Shown one piece after another: positions 20,076-30,883 of a stretch of DNA of 64,000 nucleotides (positions are counted from its first letter, which is position 1; every line of letters begins with the position of its first letter). A program made the position numbers and the translations under genes. The notes under the pieces are model-generated. The model did not search any database, had not been told where the DNA came from, and saw only the letters and a program-made list of their open reading frames with translations. The DNA comes from an uncultured Spirochaetales bacterium. Its GTDB lineage: Bacteria > Spirochaetota > Spirochaetia > CAZAKE01. Location: NCBI GenBank assembly GCA_964485495.1, contig CAZAKE010000004.1, forward strand, positions 4,190 to 68,189, written 5' to 3'.

Positions 20076-22892
20076 ATGGACAAGATCATCATCAAAGGCG
20101 CCAGGGAACACAACCTGAAGAACATCGACGTGGAGATTCCCAGGGATAGACTCACCATCATATCGGGGTTGAGCGGGTCCGGGAAATCGTCTCTCGCCTT
20201 CGACACAATCTTCGCGGAAGGACAGCGTAGATACGTTGAGAGCCTTTCCGCCTATGCACGGCAGTTCCTCGGACGTCTGGACAAGCCTGACATAGACTAT
20301 ATCGAGGGGCTCTCACCGGCCATTTCGATAGAACAAAAGACGACTCACAGGAACCCACGTTCCACCGTCGGGACCGTAACGGAAGTCTACGATTACCTGC
20401 GCCTTTTGTACGCCCGGGCCGGAACCCCGCACTGCCCGAGTTGCGGCAGGGTCATCCGTGAGCAGGCGATCGATCAGATTATCGGCGCGGTACTCGCCTT
20501 TCCTAAGGGTTCCAGGATCATGGTCCTGGCCCCGGTAGTGCAGGACCGGAAGGGGGCCCACACGCGGATCTTCACCGACGCCGTAAAGGCCGGGTTCGTC
20601 CGGTGCAGGATCGATGGGGAGATCATCCCCCTCGATCCGGTTCCGGAACTCGACAAGAACAAACGGCACACCGTCGATCTGGTGATCGATCGCATACGGC
20701 TCTCCTCAGACTCGAGGAAACGCATCTCGGAGTCCCTGGAAACCGCCCTGCAGGTTGCGGACGGGCAGGTAACGGTCTTTCTCGCCGATGAGAATCGAGA
20801 GGAGTTCTTCTCCCAGAAGAGCGCGTGTCCGGAGTGCGGCATCAGCATGCCCGAGCTGCAGCCGCGGCTCTTCTCATTCAACAACCCTCACGGTGCCTGC
20901 CCGGAGTGTTCCGGCTTGGGAATGACCATGGAGTTCGATCCGGAGCGTATCATTCCGGACCCATCCAAGTCGTTCAACCAGGGGGGGGTGGCCACCGCCA
21001 ATCCCGAGGCCGCGTGGCATCGAAGCATCTTCAAATCGGTGGCCGAACACTTCGGCTTCGACCTGGATACGCCACTCGGCGCGTTGCCCGAAGACGTATA
21101 TCGGGCTCTCCTCTACGGAACAGACGAAAAGATCGAATTCAAGTATATCAACAAGAAGAAGACCGGAAAGTTCGAGTATACTTCCAGTTACAAGGGAATC
21201 CTCGCAGACCTGAAACGCCGATACATAGAATCCACCTCGGAAGGGGTGAAGGCGTGGCTGGAGGAGTTCATGCGCCGTGCTCCGTGTACCGCCTGTGGCG
21301 GTACACGACTCAGGCCGGAGAGTCTGGCCGTGACCGTGGGGGGGCGGGACATTCACTCCGTTACCGTGATGTCGGTCTCGGATGCCGTCGAATTCTTCGA
21401 TACCGTCGAACTCACCAGGACCGAGTCGGAGATCGCATTCCAAATCCTGAAAGAGATCAAGGCCCGACTCACATTCATGCGGGACGTCGGCTTGGACTAT
21501 CTCACCCTCGAACGGCAGGCCTCCACCCTTTCGGGTGGAGAGGCGCAGAGAATACGGCTCGCGACTCAGATCGGATCGCAACTCGTCGGGGTCCTCTATA
21601 TCCTCGATGAACCGACCATAGGGCTTCACCAGCGAGATAACACACGGCTGATCGACACGCTCATCAAGCTGAGGGATATCGGGAATACCCTGATCATCGT
21701 AGAACACGATGAACAGATGCTCCGAAGCGCCGATCACATCATCGACCTGGGCCCCGGAGCGGGTGTACACGGGGGGCATATCATCGCCCAGGGTACACTC
21801 GACGAAATAATCGCGTCACCGGAGAGCCTCACGGGGAGATATCTCCGCGGCGACTTGCAGATGGATGACCAAGGCCGGCGACGGCAGGGGAACGGAAAGA
21901 CGATTACCGTATTCGGTGCATGCGAGCACAATCTCAAGAATATCGATGTCTCCATCCCACTGGGGTGTCTGTGCGTGATTACCGGCGTATCCGGGTCAGG
22001 GAAGTCCACCCTCTTGGGCGATATTCTCTACCCCGCGCTGATGAACAGGGTATCCCGGGGCAGACGGACCGAAGGCAAATACTCTAGAATCGAGGGCGTC
22101 GAACATATCGACAAGGTCATCAACATCGATCAGGATCCCATCGGCAGGACCCCGAGGTCAAATCCGGCCACGTACGTAGGCCTGTTCGGTCCTATCCGGA
22201 ACCTCTTCGCGGCGCTTCCCGAGGCGAAGGCCCGAGGCTACAAGGCCGGACGGTTCTCCTTCAACGTCAAGGGCGGGCGGTGCGAAAACTGCAAGGGTGA
22301 AGGCACCCTCAAGATCGAGATGCATTTTCTGCCTGACGTATACATCACCTGCGACACCTGCAGGGGGAAGCGGTTCAATCGGGAGACGCTGGATATCAGA
22401 TACAAGGGCTGCAACATCCACGACGTATTGGAAATGACCGTAGAAGAGGCCACGGAGTTCTTCGAAAACGTGCCCACGGTGAAGAATAAACTCGACACTC
22501 TCATGGCGGTAGGCCTCGATTATATCAAACTCGGTCAATCCGCCCTCACGCTTTCCGGTGGTGAGGCTCAGCGAGTGAAACTCTCCCTCGAGCTGTCCAA
22601 GCGGAGCACCGGCAAGACGGTATTTCTTCTGGATGAGCCTACCACAGGGCTACATTTCGCGGACGTGAAACGACTGATGGATGTCCTTCAACTTCTAACC
22701 GACAAGGGAAACACGGTTATCCTGATAGAGCACAATCTCGACGTCATCAGACTGTCCGACTATGTGATAGACCTCGGTCCCGAAGGGGGGGACAGAGGCG
22801 GACGGCTCGTTATCACCGGATCCCCCGAGGATGTAGCCGACTGTCCCGCGTCGTATACCGGTGAGTTCTTGAGGACGGTCCTGAAGGGATGA
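20076..22892 (+). CDS. uvrA: Excinuclease ABC subunit UvrA
   Basis: [53 protein letters not shown] opens the protein. It has two ABC modules (the second P-loop is [10 protein letters not shown]), Zn-finger Cys pairs, and is 938 residues long. The upstream in-frame extension of track ORF 19800.. has no stop but is not part of the gene. Confidence 0.95.
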   Translation: MDKIIIKGAREHNLKNIDVEIPRDRLTIISGLSGSGKSSLAFDTIFAEGQRRYVESLSAYARQFLGRLDKPDIDYIEGLSPAISIEQKTTHRNPRSTVGTVTEVYDYLRLLYARAGTPHCPSCGRVIREQAIDQIIGAVLAFPKGSRIMVLAPVVQDRKGAHTRIFTDAVKAGFVRCRIDGEIIPLDPVPELDKNKRHTVDLVIDRIRLSSDSRKRISESLETALQVADGQVTVFLADENREEFFSQKSACPECGISMPELQPRLFSFNNPHGACPECSGLGMTMEFDPERIIPDPSKSFNQGGVATANPEAAWHRSIFKSVAEHFGFDLDTPLGALPEDVYRALLYGTDEKIEFKYINKKKTGKFEYTSSYKGILADLKRRYIESTSEGVKAWLEEFMRRAPCTACGGTRLRPESLAVTVGGRDIHSVTVMSVSDAVEFFDTVELTRTESEIAFQILKEIKARLTFMRDVGLDYLTLERQASTLSGGEAQRIRLATQIGSQLVGVLYILDEPTIGLHQRDNTRLIDTLIKLRDIGNTLIIVEHDEQMLRSADHIIDLGPGAGVHGGHIIAQGTLDEIIASPESLTGRYLRGDLQMDDQGRRRQGNGKTITVFGACEHNLKNIDVSIPLGCLCVITGVSGSGKSTLLGDILYPALMNRVSRGRRTEGKYSRIEGVEHIDKVINIDQDPIGRTPRSNPATYVGLFGPIRNLFAALPEAKARGYKAGRFSFNVKGGRCENCKGEGTLKIEMHFLPDVYITCDTCRGKRFNRETLDIRYKGCNIHDVLEMTVEEATEFFENVPTVKNKLDTLMAVGLDYIKLGQSALTLSGGEAQRVKLSLELSKRSTGKTVFLLDEPTTGLHFADVKRLMDVLQLLTDKGNTVILIEHNLDVIRLSDYVIDLGPEGGDRGGRLVITGSPEDVADCPASYTGEFLRTVLKG

Positions 22893-25800
22893 GGAGACGT
22901 AAATCCTGGTGTTGTCTGGGCCTGCTCTTCTTCGTCGTGACCGGCGTGGTCCCACAGGATTCCTCCCGGCCGGACTCCTCCGCGAGTGATATCTCGCCGA
23001 CGGATTCCTCCGCAGCCTCCGAAGAGGATACGACCTCCCCGGCGCGACAAGAAGAGTCGGCTGCGGCAGAGGCTGAAGACGCTTCCGCAGATCCCGCCGG
23101 AGTCGAAGACTCTCTTCTCAAAAATACCCTCGCGGCCGACATCGATACGGCCGGCTATTACGAGCTCCTCGCCTGGTGTCGGCAGTTAGGGCTGCCGGAA
23201 ACGGGCACGCGGGATGCGTTGATGCAGCGGCTTCGAGGATATTTCGGAGTCGGACCGAGTTCGGTCGGCAGCGTAAAAAAGGAACCGGGCGGCAGGACCA
23301 TCACGATACACTCCGCGAATCGCCTCGAGTATTTTACCCTCGAGACCATCGATCAGGAGTATATTCGGATCTCGGACGGCGTGTCCCTGGAAATTCGAGA
23401 CGGTGAGAGCGGGACCGTTCACACAATCCGAGCCGATACGATCCTGTTCAACCAGGAGGAGAAAACCATCACCGCTCGGGGTAACATCGAATATTCGATG
23501 AAGGAGGGGAGCAATACCGACGTATTCACGGGTGAAACCCTCACCTTCAATGCGGACACCTGGGAGGGGGTCTTCCTGCAAGGATCCTCCCAACAGGACC
23601 AGACCATCGATGGTCGGAAACTCCGTTTCACATTCTCAGGCGAGAGCATACAGCGGTTTGCCGATGATTCCCTGATCTTATCCGACGGGATCATCACCTC
23701 CTGTGACGACGGCGTCGCTCCACACTATCGGATACGAGCTCGGAAAATCTGGATCCTCGGCCCCGGGGAGTGGGCCGTTCTCGGTGCCGTGTTGTACGTG
23801 GGAGAGGTGCCCGTCTTCTATCTGCCTGCGTTCTTCAGGCCCGGCGACGAATTCGTGTTCCACCCCTCCTTCGGCTTTCGCGATTCCGACGGTTTTTTCC
23901 TGCAGACCACCACCTACCTGCTCGGGCAGAAGCAGGAATCCGACGAAAGCGTACTCTCATTCCTGCAGATTGCGGACCTCAATGCCGATGATCTCACAAC
24001 CGAACTGGACGGATTATTCCTGCGCAAGACCGATGAGGTGAGTGGTGACGAGCGGACGCGAATACAGTATTATCGCAGGACCAAGAGTTATCTGCGAATC
24101 ATGTTCGACGCATACACCCGTCTCGGCTTCTTCACGGGTGTCGAAGGAGATTTTTCCGATCTTGACCTCCTGAAATCACTCTATTTCTACCTCGGAATCG
24201 GAAGGAGTAGGGAGATCATTAGTACGGCCGACGGATACACGACACAACTTTCACTGCCGGACGGCACCTACGGCAGCATCTGGCACGATTCCGGATTTTT
24301 CGGTATCGACACGCTTCTTCCGTTCCGGTATGGAACGGATCTGGATGTGGCCTTGAAGAACAACTGGTTTTCTTTGGACCTGGAGCTGCCCTTCTACTCA
24401 GACAAATACTTTTTGCGGGATTTCGCTGAGAGACAGGAGAGCGTACAATGGTTCGAACTCTTCGGGATCTCGGGAACCGGAACCTCCACGCCACGTACGA
24501 TCTCCACGCAAAAATGGCTCCTGGACGGCGATATCCGGATTCCGACCTCGGCATCGGTCGTTCGGCCCTATATCGGTTCGCTCATGTTGGATGAAGTCGC
24601 ACTCTCACTGTATTGGCGCTCCAAGAGCGACAATCACCCGGAATATGGCTATTCGCGGTCCTTTTTTTATCCCGATAGCTACAAGCTGCCGGTCATCTCC
24701 GGACGGATGAGCGGCAGTCTCCTCGGCGGTCGCCGGCAGAGAATAGAACGAGAGCGGCGGGAAGCCTTACTCGATTCAAAAGTCGACTTTCGTGCACCCT
24801 GGGATGCAGACGCAGATGAAGATGAAACCGCGTCGACGAAGCAGGCGGGGCTGCGGGAGCCGGAATTCCTCTCGAATGTCCCGTTGAAGCGGTTTACCGT
24901 GACTACTCCTGTATCGCAGAGCCTGACCTATTCTCTGAGTCCGGATTTTCAGATCGATAACAAGACCGATTCAAACACCTGGGAGACCCCCGAAGAGATA
25001 GATTTCTCCAGGCTGTACTCAGTACTGGATTTCAAGGGAACCGGGAACATCAAGTACACCATTACGCTTTTCGAGGGAATATTCCAATCGTCGGATTCGA
25101 TTACTATCCTCGGCAGTTATAAGAAACACCTCTCCGACGAGGCGGAGGACGTTACCGGGTGGGACCAATTCATGCGGCAGGACCGACTCGCCACCTACAT
25201 GAAACTCTCAAACGCATTCACGGCAACCCTGAGGCCGTTGAAACTCATCGAACCCTTCTCCGGAGTAACCGTCACGTACAGCCTGACCACCGATTTCTTC
25301 AAGATAGACTACGACGACGATGAGGAGGATTTCATGCCTACAACCATCGAATGGGAGGAGGATTTCATCACCAAACATTCGGTGGGCCTCAACGTGCCGT
25401 TCAAGATCCTCGACAATTCTCAGCGGATCACATTCGACGCCGTCCTTCCCCCTATGGACAAGCAGTTCGTCACCTCTCTGTCGGTCAACACCGGCCCCCT
25501 CAACCAGTACTTCAAGGTCGATGTACGGGAACTCGACGAGGACGACCCGGCCGATTACGAGTGGGACTTGAAGCCGATTACCTGGCGTGGGAGGCTTACA
25601 TTCATTCCCGGTAACTATGCGGAGCAACAGTTGACCTATGATTACCGGGAGGACGACGATGAGGGGCTATTTACGAAGGGAAGCACGAAGATCTACACCA
25701 GTCTCCTGGACAACTCGATATCGTTCAGCCAAACCCTGACCTACGATCTGGAGGACCTGAAACCCCTCGAGAGCACTACCGTGCTACGACTCTGGGTGCT

Positions 25801-26428
25801 CGATGCGACCTTTCAGGCGAGGGAGGCGCATCCGTTCGAATTCGATCCCGAGGAGGGGTGGTTGACCCTCCCCGAGACGGGTTTTTTCCCCTATCGTATC
25901 TCGGCCGGACTGAAACTGGACTATGCGTCTCAGCCGCTCTGGAAGAACAGGATTCAGTGGGCCGGAGACATGCAGGCGAGCTGGAACATGAATCTCCTCA
26001 AGTATACGGATACCGCATTTATCTTCAAGTTGGGATTTGACCTGAATATCTACAAATTCTTGCGGATAAAATTCAGCTCCACCTCCGAAAACAAGGCCGT
26101 CTACCGATACATTCCTAGCCTCTCAGAAGGGGTGCAGAAGGACCCGTTGAACCCGTTCGTCGACCTCTTGAAATCCTTCAATTTTTTCGATAGGCAGGAC
26201 CGGATCGAATCAAAGTTCAACATCCAACGACTGGGAATAACCGTCGCGCACCGCCTGCATGACTGGGATCTGAATATCACATACGAGGGAAAACCCGAGT
26301 TGGAGGTGCTGGATGACGGGTCCAGGCGGTATGAATGGACGCCTCGGGTCAGTTTCATCGTATCCTGGGATCCGATTCCCGAGATCGAGAGCACGGTGCG
26401 GGTCATCGATGATGAGATGAGCTTCTAG
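22889..26428 (+). CDS. lptD: LptD/OstA-like outer-membrane protein with an N-terminal Rho_N/SAP-like motif and an acidic Ser/Asp-rich linker
   Basis: It has a signal peptide, a helix-extended-helix motif YYELLAWCRQLGLPETGTRDALMQRLRGYF, an OstA/LptA-like beta-jellyroll (TIHSANRLEYFTLE...ITARGNIEYSMKEG...), and a large C-terminal beta-barrel region. Its ATG overlaps the uvrA stop (ATGA). uvrA and an lptD-like gene are also adjacent in T. pallidum, as I recall. Confidence 0.6.
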   Translation: MRRRKSWCCLGLLFFVVTGVVPQDSSRPDSSASDISPTDSSAASEEDTTSPARQEESAAAEAEDASADPAGVEDSLLKNTLAADIDTAGYYELLAWCRQLGLPETGTRDALMQRLRGYFGVGPSSVGSVKKEPGGRTITIHSANRLEYFTLETIDQEYIRISDGVSLEIRDGESGTVHTIRADTILFNQEEKTITARGNIEYSMKEGSNTDVFTGETLTFNADTWEGVFLQGSSQQDQTIDGRKLRFTFSGESIQRFADDSLILSDGIITSCDDGVAPHYRIRARKIWILGPGEWAVLGAVLYVGEVPVFYLPAFFRPGDEFVFHPSFGFRDSDGFFLQTTTYLLGQKQESDESVLSFLQIADLNADDLTTELDGLFLRKTDEVSGDERTRIQYYRRTKSYLRIMFDAYTRLGFFTGVEGDFSDLDLLKSLYFYLGIGRSREIISTADGYTTQLSLPDGTYGSIWHDSGFFGIDTLLPFRYGTDLDVALKNNWFSLDLELPFYSDKYFLRDFAERQESVQWFELFGISGTGTSTPRTISTQKWLLDGDIRIPTSASVVRPYIGSLMLDEVALSLYWRSKSDNHPEYGYSRSFFYPDSYKLPVISGRMSGSLLGGRRQRIERERREALLDSKVDFRAPWDADADEDETASTKQAGLREPEFLSNVPLKRFTVTTPVSQSLTYSLSPDFQIDNKTDSNTWETPEEIDFSRLYSVLDFKGTGNIKYTITLFEGIFQSSDSITILGSYKKHLSDEAEDVTGWDQFMRQDRLATYMKLSNAFTATLRPLKLIEPFSGVTVTYSLTTDFFKIDYDDDEEDFMPTTIEWEEDFITKHSVGLNVPFKILDNSQRITFDAVLPPMDKQFVTSLSVNTGPLNQYFKVDVRELDEDDPADYEWDLKPITWRGRLTFIPGNYAEQQLTYDYREDDDEGLFTKGSTKIYTSLLDNSISFSQTLTYDLEDLKPLESTTVLRLWVLDATFQAREAHPFEFDPEEGWLTLPETGFFPYRISAGLKLDYASQPLWKNRIQWAGDMQASWNMNLLKYTDTAFIFKLGFDLNIYKFLRIKFSSTSENKAVYRYIPSLSEGVQKDPLNPFVDLLKSFNFFDRQDRIESKFNIQRLGITVAHRLHDWDLNITYEGKPELEVLDDGSRRYEWTPRVSFIVSWDPIPEIESTVRVIDDEMSF

Positions 26429-26436
26429 TTTGGCAG

Positions 26437-26466
26437 TTGACGTACCCGATAATAGGCCGATACAAT
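26437..26466 (+). promoter_or_regulatory. Candidate sigma70-type promoter for the phoH operon
   Basis: TTGACG (26437-26442), 18-nt spacer, TACAAT (26461-26466), about 24 nt upstream of the phoH start. Confidence 0.35.
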
Positions 26467-26489
26467 CACGGTGGATAGAGGAATAAATA

Positions 26490-27443
26490 TTGAGTAGAAG
26501 CTTGACCGTTGTCTTGGAGGACCAGGGGACCGCCTACGAGATTTGCGGAGTTCATGATACGAATCTCAGGAAGATAGAAGAGCAGGTTGACGCCCGGGTA
26601 TTCTGCCATGGAAACCAGCTCTATTTGGAGTCGGAGGATGCGGCAAAACAAAAACTTTTTCTGCAGATAATCGAAGAGTTGAAGAGTCATCTGCGGCAGG
26701 GGCACTCCCCGGATCCGACCCTGATACAGGCCATCCACGCTTCGATTACCGAAGGGCGGCCCGAAGACGTGGATGCACTGCATTCGAATTCGATAGATAT
26801 TCCGGGTGGTATCAAGGTATTCCCCCGAGGTCACCGTCAGGCCCAGTACATTCGGGGGATGGATGAGCATGACATCTCATTCTCCGTCGGTCCTGCGGGT
26901 ACCGGAAAGACCTACCTGGCGGTCGCACATGCTTTATCGGAGATTCTGCGGCATAATAAGCGGCGGCTCATCCTCACACGACCGGTCGTCGAGGCGGGAG
27001 AGAGCCTGGGATTCCTGCCCGGAGATCTGACCCAGAAGATCAGCCCCTACCTTCGTCCGTTATATGATGCTATGGACAGTCTCATCGATTTCGAGGTAGT
27101 TTCTCGCCTGGAAGAGAATAGGGTGATAGAGATCGCCCCCCTTGCATATATGCGCGGACGATCGTTGAAGGACAGCTATATCATACTCGATGAAGCCCAG
27201 AATACCACAAAAGAGCAGATGAAGATGTTTCTGACCCGCATCGGCGAACGATCCAAGGCGGTGATAACCGGCGACGCCACGCAGATAGACCTTCCGGCGA
27301 AGGCGCGTTCCGGTTTACTTCATGTGATGAAGGTCCTCAAGCCCATCAGCGAAATTCACTTCACCTATTTCGATGCGAGAGATGTCGTGCGGCATCCCCT
27401 CGTACAGAAGATAATTACGGCATATGAATCGGAAAGCGACTAA
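26490..27443 (+). CDS. phoH: PhoH-like ATPase (YbeZ)
   Basis: It has the Walker A motif FSVGPAGTGKTYLAVA and the Walker B motif IILDEAQN. The start is TTG. Confidence 0.85.
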   Translation: MSRSLTVVLEDQGTAYEICGVHDTNLRKIEEQVDARVFCHGNQLYLESEDAAKQKLFLQIIEELKSHLRQGHSPDPTLIQAIHASITEGRPEDVDALHSNSIDIPGGIKVFPRGHRQAQYIRGMDEHDISFSVGPAGTGKTYLAVAHALSEILRHNKRRLILTRPVVEAGESLGFLPGDLTQKISPYLRPLYDAMDSLIDFEVVSRLEENRVIEIAPLAYMRGRSLKDSYIILDEAQNTTKEQMKMFLTRIGERSKAVITGDATQIDLPAKARSGLLHVMKVLKPISEIHFTYFDARDVVRHPLVQKIITAYESESD

Positions 27444-29655
27444 AATTCCCCGCATCCATCGGTTTATACCGTTTCTCCGTGGAAATACTCCTACGAGAAC
27501 CCGAACGATTCTCCTCTTTATCGGGTTTTTTGTTGCATATCTCGGTATCGTCTATCTGAATCGGGTCGGATTGTTTTCTACCGTCAACCTCACAGAGTAT
27601 GAGGTAGGGAAAGTCGCAGAGCGTGATCTGGTTGTCGACCATGATGTCTACTACATCGATACGGATGCCACCCGTACGAGGCGTGAAGCAGAGGCACGGC
27701 TGGTGAATCCGGTATTCACCATTGACTCGGAGATCACCGCCGAGGTGCTTTCCGTCTTCGAACGGTTTCAAGAAGATGTCACGAATGTGTTGAATGAGGG
27801 CGGATCCGTCGCCGATCTTCGCAGAGAGCAGGAGACGGCCTGGCTCGATCTCTTCGAACGCTCGGAACTGGAATACCTTCTCGATAGGGCCGATCTTCCC
27901 GAGATTCTCGCCTCCACCGAGAAGGTCCTGGAGACGGTGCAACAGAATGGTGTGATCCGTCTCCCCGGCGACGATACGATCATGAAGACGGGTGCCGTCA
28001 CCCTCCTTCGAAGAGTCGGAGACCGCGAATACGAGACGGAGACCTCGTTGCAGGACCTTCCGGACAAGGACCATATCACCGCCCAAGCGGAACGAGCCGC
28101 CGTAGCCCAGAAGGTACCCGGGAATCAGGTTCCTCCGGTCGCATTGATCGTGAAGCGGTTGTCACGAGAAAATGCCTTCTATGATGCCGATGAAACGGCC
28201 CATCGAGAGGAGATGGCGATGGGAGCGTTGGAGCCGGTCGTCAGGACCCTACAGAAGGACGAGACCATCGTGAAAGAGGGTTTCGTGATCACCGAAGAGG
28301 ACATGGTGAAAGTCCGTGCCCTCGGTGATATGAAGGCGGTTGTCGACTTTTCGGTATTGGCGGGGACGGCGATACTGCTCTTGTTCCTCTTTATTCTCTC
28401 CGCATTCCTGTTGAATCCTCCGGTCATCAAGAAACAACTCGACTCGGGGTTGCAGTATCTCCTCCTCGGTATGTCGTTCCTCTACGCAGTCATGGCCGCT
28501 GTGATACACGGCCTTCAGATACTCCCGGCGGAAATACCATTCTCGGTGCTCTTGCCGACATCGTTACTTGCAATGTTGGTATCCATATTGGCCGGCAGGC
28601 GTGTAGGAACATTCTTCGTGTTTCTCCTTGCCGTTTCGCTGTTTCTCGTGGATAGGGGATCACCCTATCCGTTTCTTTTCGCACTCTTTACTGCGATGGT
28701 TGGTTCGGTCATCGTGTCGGAGGCCGAGAAGCGGATCGACCTGGTGAGGGGGAGTTTTATCCTATCCGGTTTGAGCGGTCTATGCGTGATTCCTCTGGGA
28801 CTGTTCGGAAATCTGGGGGTTTCGGAACTCGCGAGTGGGATCGGGTGGGGGGTTGCAAACGGGTTCCTCTGCGGGATTCTCAACCTCGGGCTCCTACCGT
28901 TTTTCGAACACATGCTGAATGCCTCGACACCGTTCCGATTGATGGAGTTATCTGATCTGAATACTCCTCTCTTCAAGCGGATGATTACATTGGCACCGGG
29001 TACCTACGGACATTGCATCAGCGTCGCCAACTTGGCGGAGTCTGCTGCCAGAGAGATCGGCGCGAATCCACTCCTGTCACGGGTCGGGGCCTACTATCAC
29101 GACATCGGAAAGATAGATCAAGCGGAATACTTCATCGAAAATCAGACAGAAGGCAATAAACACGATGAACTGAAACCGAGTCTCTCCGCGGCGGTGATCA
29201 AGTCGCATGTAAAGATGGGACTTGAAAAGGGAAAGGAACTCGGGCTGCCGAAGGAAGTCCTGGAAATAATCACGCAACATCACGGCAGCGGGTTGATCAG
29301 CTATTTTTACGTTCAAGCCTTGAAAAAACAGGGAAACACGCGTATAAATCCAGAGGATTTCTCCTATACGGGATCGCCACCGATGTCACGTGAAGCGGCA
29401 GTTGTCATGCTTGCCGATACGGTCGAGGCCGCCTCGCGTACGCTCAACAAACCGACAGTGGCGAAATTGGAGAAATTCGTGTGGGAAGCGATCATGGAAA
29501 AGGTAACCTCGGGACAATTGAGTAAGTGTGACCTGACTTTTAGAGATCTCGAGATGATAAAGAAAACATTCGTACAAATCCTCGCCGGACAATTTCATTC
29601 GAGGATAGAGTACCCCGACGCGAAGGATAACGGCCGAAAGGCCCAGGGACGATGA
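27424..29655 (+). CDS. 7TM receptor with an intracellular HD hydrolase domain (7TMR-HD, YqfF-like)
   Basis: It has a long N-terminal extracytoplasmic region, seven TM helices in the middle, and a C-terminal HD domain (HCISVANLAESAAREIG...YYHDIGK). It lies in the conserved phoH-7TMHD-ybeY arrangement. Confidence 0.8.
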   Translation: MNRKATKIPRIHRFIPFLRGNTPTRTRTILLFIGFFVAYLGIVYLNRVGLFSTVNLTEYEVGKVAERDLVVDHDVYYIDTDATRTRREAEARLVNPVFTIDSEITAEVLSVFERFQEDVTNVLNEGGSVADLRREQETAWLDLFERSELEYLLDRADLPEILASTEKVLETVQQNGVIRLPGDDTIMKTGAVTLLRRVGDREYETETSLQDLPDKDHITAQAERAAVAQKVPGNQVPPVALIVKRLSRENAFYDADETAHREEMAMGALEPVVRTLQKDETIVKEGFVITEEDMVKVRALGDMKAVVDFSVLAGTAILLLFLFILSAFLLNPPVIKKQLDSGLQYLLLGMSFLYAVMAAVIHGLQILPAEIPFSVLLPTSLLAMLVSILAGRRVGTFFVFLLAVSLFLVDRGSPYPFLFALFTAMVGSVIVSEAEKRIDLVRGSFILSGLSGLCVIPLGLFGNLGVSELASGIGWGVANGFLCGILNLGLLPFFEHMLNASTPFRLMELSDLNTPLFKRMITLAPGTYGHCISVANLAESAAREIGANPLLSRVGAYYHDIGKIDQAEYFIENQTEGNKHDELKPSLSAAVIKSHVKMGLEKGKELGLPKEVLEIITQHHGSGLISYFYVQALKKQGNTRINPEDFSYTGSPPMSREAAVVMLADTVEAASRTLNKPTVAKLEKFVWEAIMEKVTSGQLSKCDLTFRDLEMIKKTFVQILAGQFHSRIEYPDAKDNGRKAQGR

Positions 29656-30107
29656 ACGAGGCAGATATCAGCTTTTCCGAAGTAGAGGAACCTCCGTCTT
29701 GGTCGAACCGCTATAGGGATTTCTGCATTTCGGTCATGGAATCTATCGGATTCCACGGTACCGGTGTTTCAATCCTCTTCTGTTCCGATGAATTCATCCG
29801 ATACCTCAACCGTTCCTACCGTCATAAAGACGAAGTCACCGACGTGCTCTCGTTTCAACAAACCGGCAGCGAGATCCCCGGTACGATGGGAAAGTATGCC
29901 GGTGATATCGCCATCTCGCTCGATACCGTCAAACGACATGCGGACGAGTTCGGCGTCGAATATGAAGAAGAGTTGAAGCGGGTCACTATTCATGCATTCC
30001 TTCACCTGAACGGCTTCACCCATACCGGCACCGATCCGGGTGAACCGATGTTGCTCCGGCAAGAACAGATCATCAACCAATTCGATGGAGAGAGGATATT
30101 TCAATGA
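29652..30107 (+). CDS. ybeY: Endoribonuclease YbeY
   Basis: IHAFLHLNGFTH is the H-x3-H-x5-H zinc motif, and the 151-residue length fits. Confidence 0.9.
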   Translation: MNEADISFSEVEEPPSWSNRYRDFCISVMESIGFHGTGVSILFCSDEFIRYLNRSYRHKDEVTDVLSFQQTGSEIPGTMGKYAGDIAISLDTVKRHADEFGVEYEEELKRVTIHAFLHLNGFTHTGTDPGEPMLLRQEQIINQFDGERIFQ

Positions 30108-30883
30108 CGCTCGGGTTTATTCAGAAATTTTTCACGGGAAGGGGCGGGGCCGACGACAGGCACATAGACAAACTGAACGGCCAGGAAAAGGACATGATTC
30201 GCGGCATCGTGCAATTGGCCGAGACATCGGTCAAGGAGGTTCTCGTGCCCAGAATCGATGTGGTATTCTTATCCGCGAATACACCCTTAAACGAGATGCT
30301 GGAAACAATCACCTCCTGCGGTCACTCGCGGGTTCCTGTATTCGAAGATACCATCGACAACGTCATCGGAATACTCTATGTGAAGGATCTGTTGAAGTTC
30401 ATGCAAAAAAACGAAGAGATAAACCTCAAAGAGATTATTCGAACTCCCTATTTCGTACCGGAGAGCAAGCATCTGGATATGTTATTGAAGGAATTTCAAC
30501 GCAGACGAGTTCACATCGCCGTCGCCGTCGACGAATACGGGGGCGTCTCCGGAATTGTCTGTCTGGAGGATATAATCGAGGAGATAGTCGGTGATATCCA
30601 GGATGAATTCGATAACGAGGTCGAGGACATCCTCGAGATCGGTGACGGGGTGTATCTGTGTGATGCCCGGGTCGGCATCGCCGACCTGAATGAACAGATC
30701 GGGCTGACGTTACCCGAGGAGGAGTTCGATACTTTGGGTGGATTCGTCTTCGATCTATTCGGCAAAATTCCGGTGAAGTTCGAGAAAGTCATGAATCAGG
30801 AGACAGATTTCATCATCCAGGATATGGATGGACACAAGATTAAGACCGTGAAACTGGTGCAGAAAGGGGTACGAAGTGCCTGA
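30104..30883 (+). CDS. corC: CBS-pair plus CorC/HlyC domain protein (YbeX/TlyC-like)
   Basis: It has two CBS motifs and a C-terminal transporter-associated domain, and lacks the DUF21 TM region. It is 259 residues long. Confidence 0.75.
   Translation: MTLGFIQKFFTGRGGADDRHIDKLNGQEKDMIRGIVQLAETSVKEVLVPRIDVVFLSANTPLNEMLETITSCGHSRVPVFEDTIDNVIGILYVKDLLKFMQKNEEINLKEIIRTPYFVPESKHLDMLLKEFQRRRVHIAVAVDEYGGVSGIVCLEDIIEEIVGDIQDEFDNEVEDILEIGDGVYLCDARVGIADLNEQIGLTLPEEEFDTLGGFVFDLFGKIPVKFEKVMNQETDFIIQDMDGHKIKTVKLVQKGVRSA

Noticed and set aside
20874-21779. 301-residue - strand ORF and 261-residue + alternate frame (20825..21610) inside uvrA
   Set aside because: UvrA motifs define the true frame, and the alternates are compositional artefacts.
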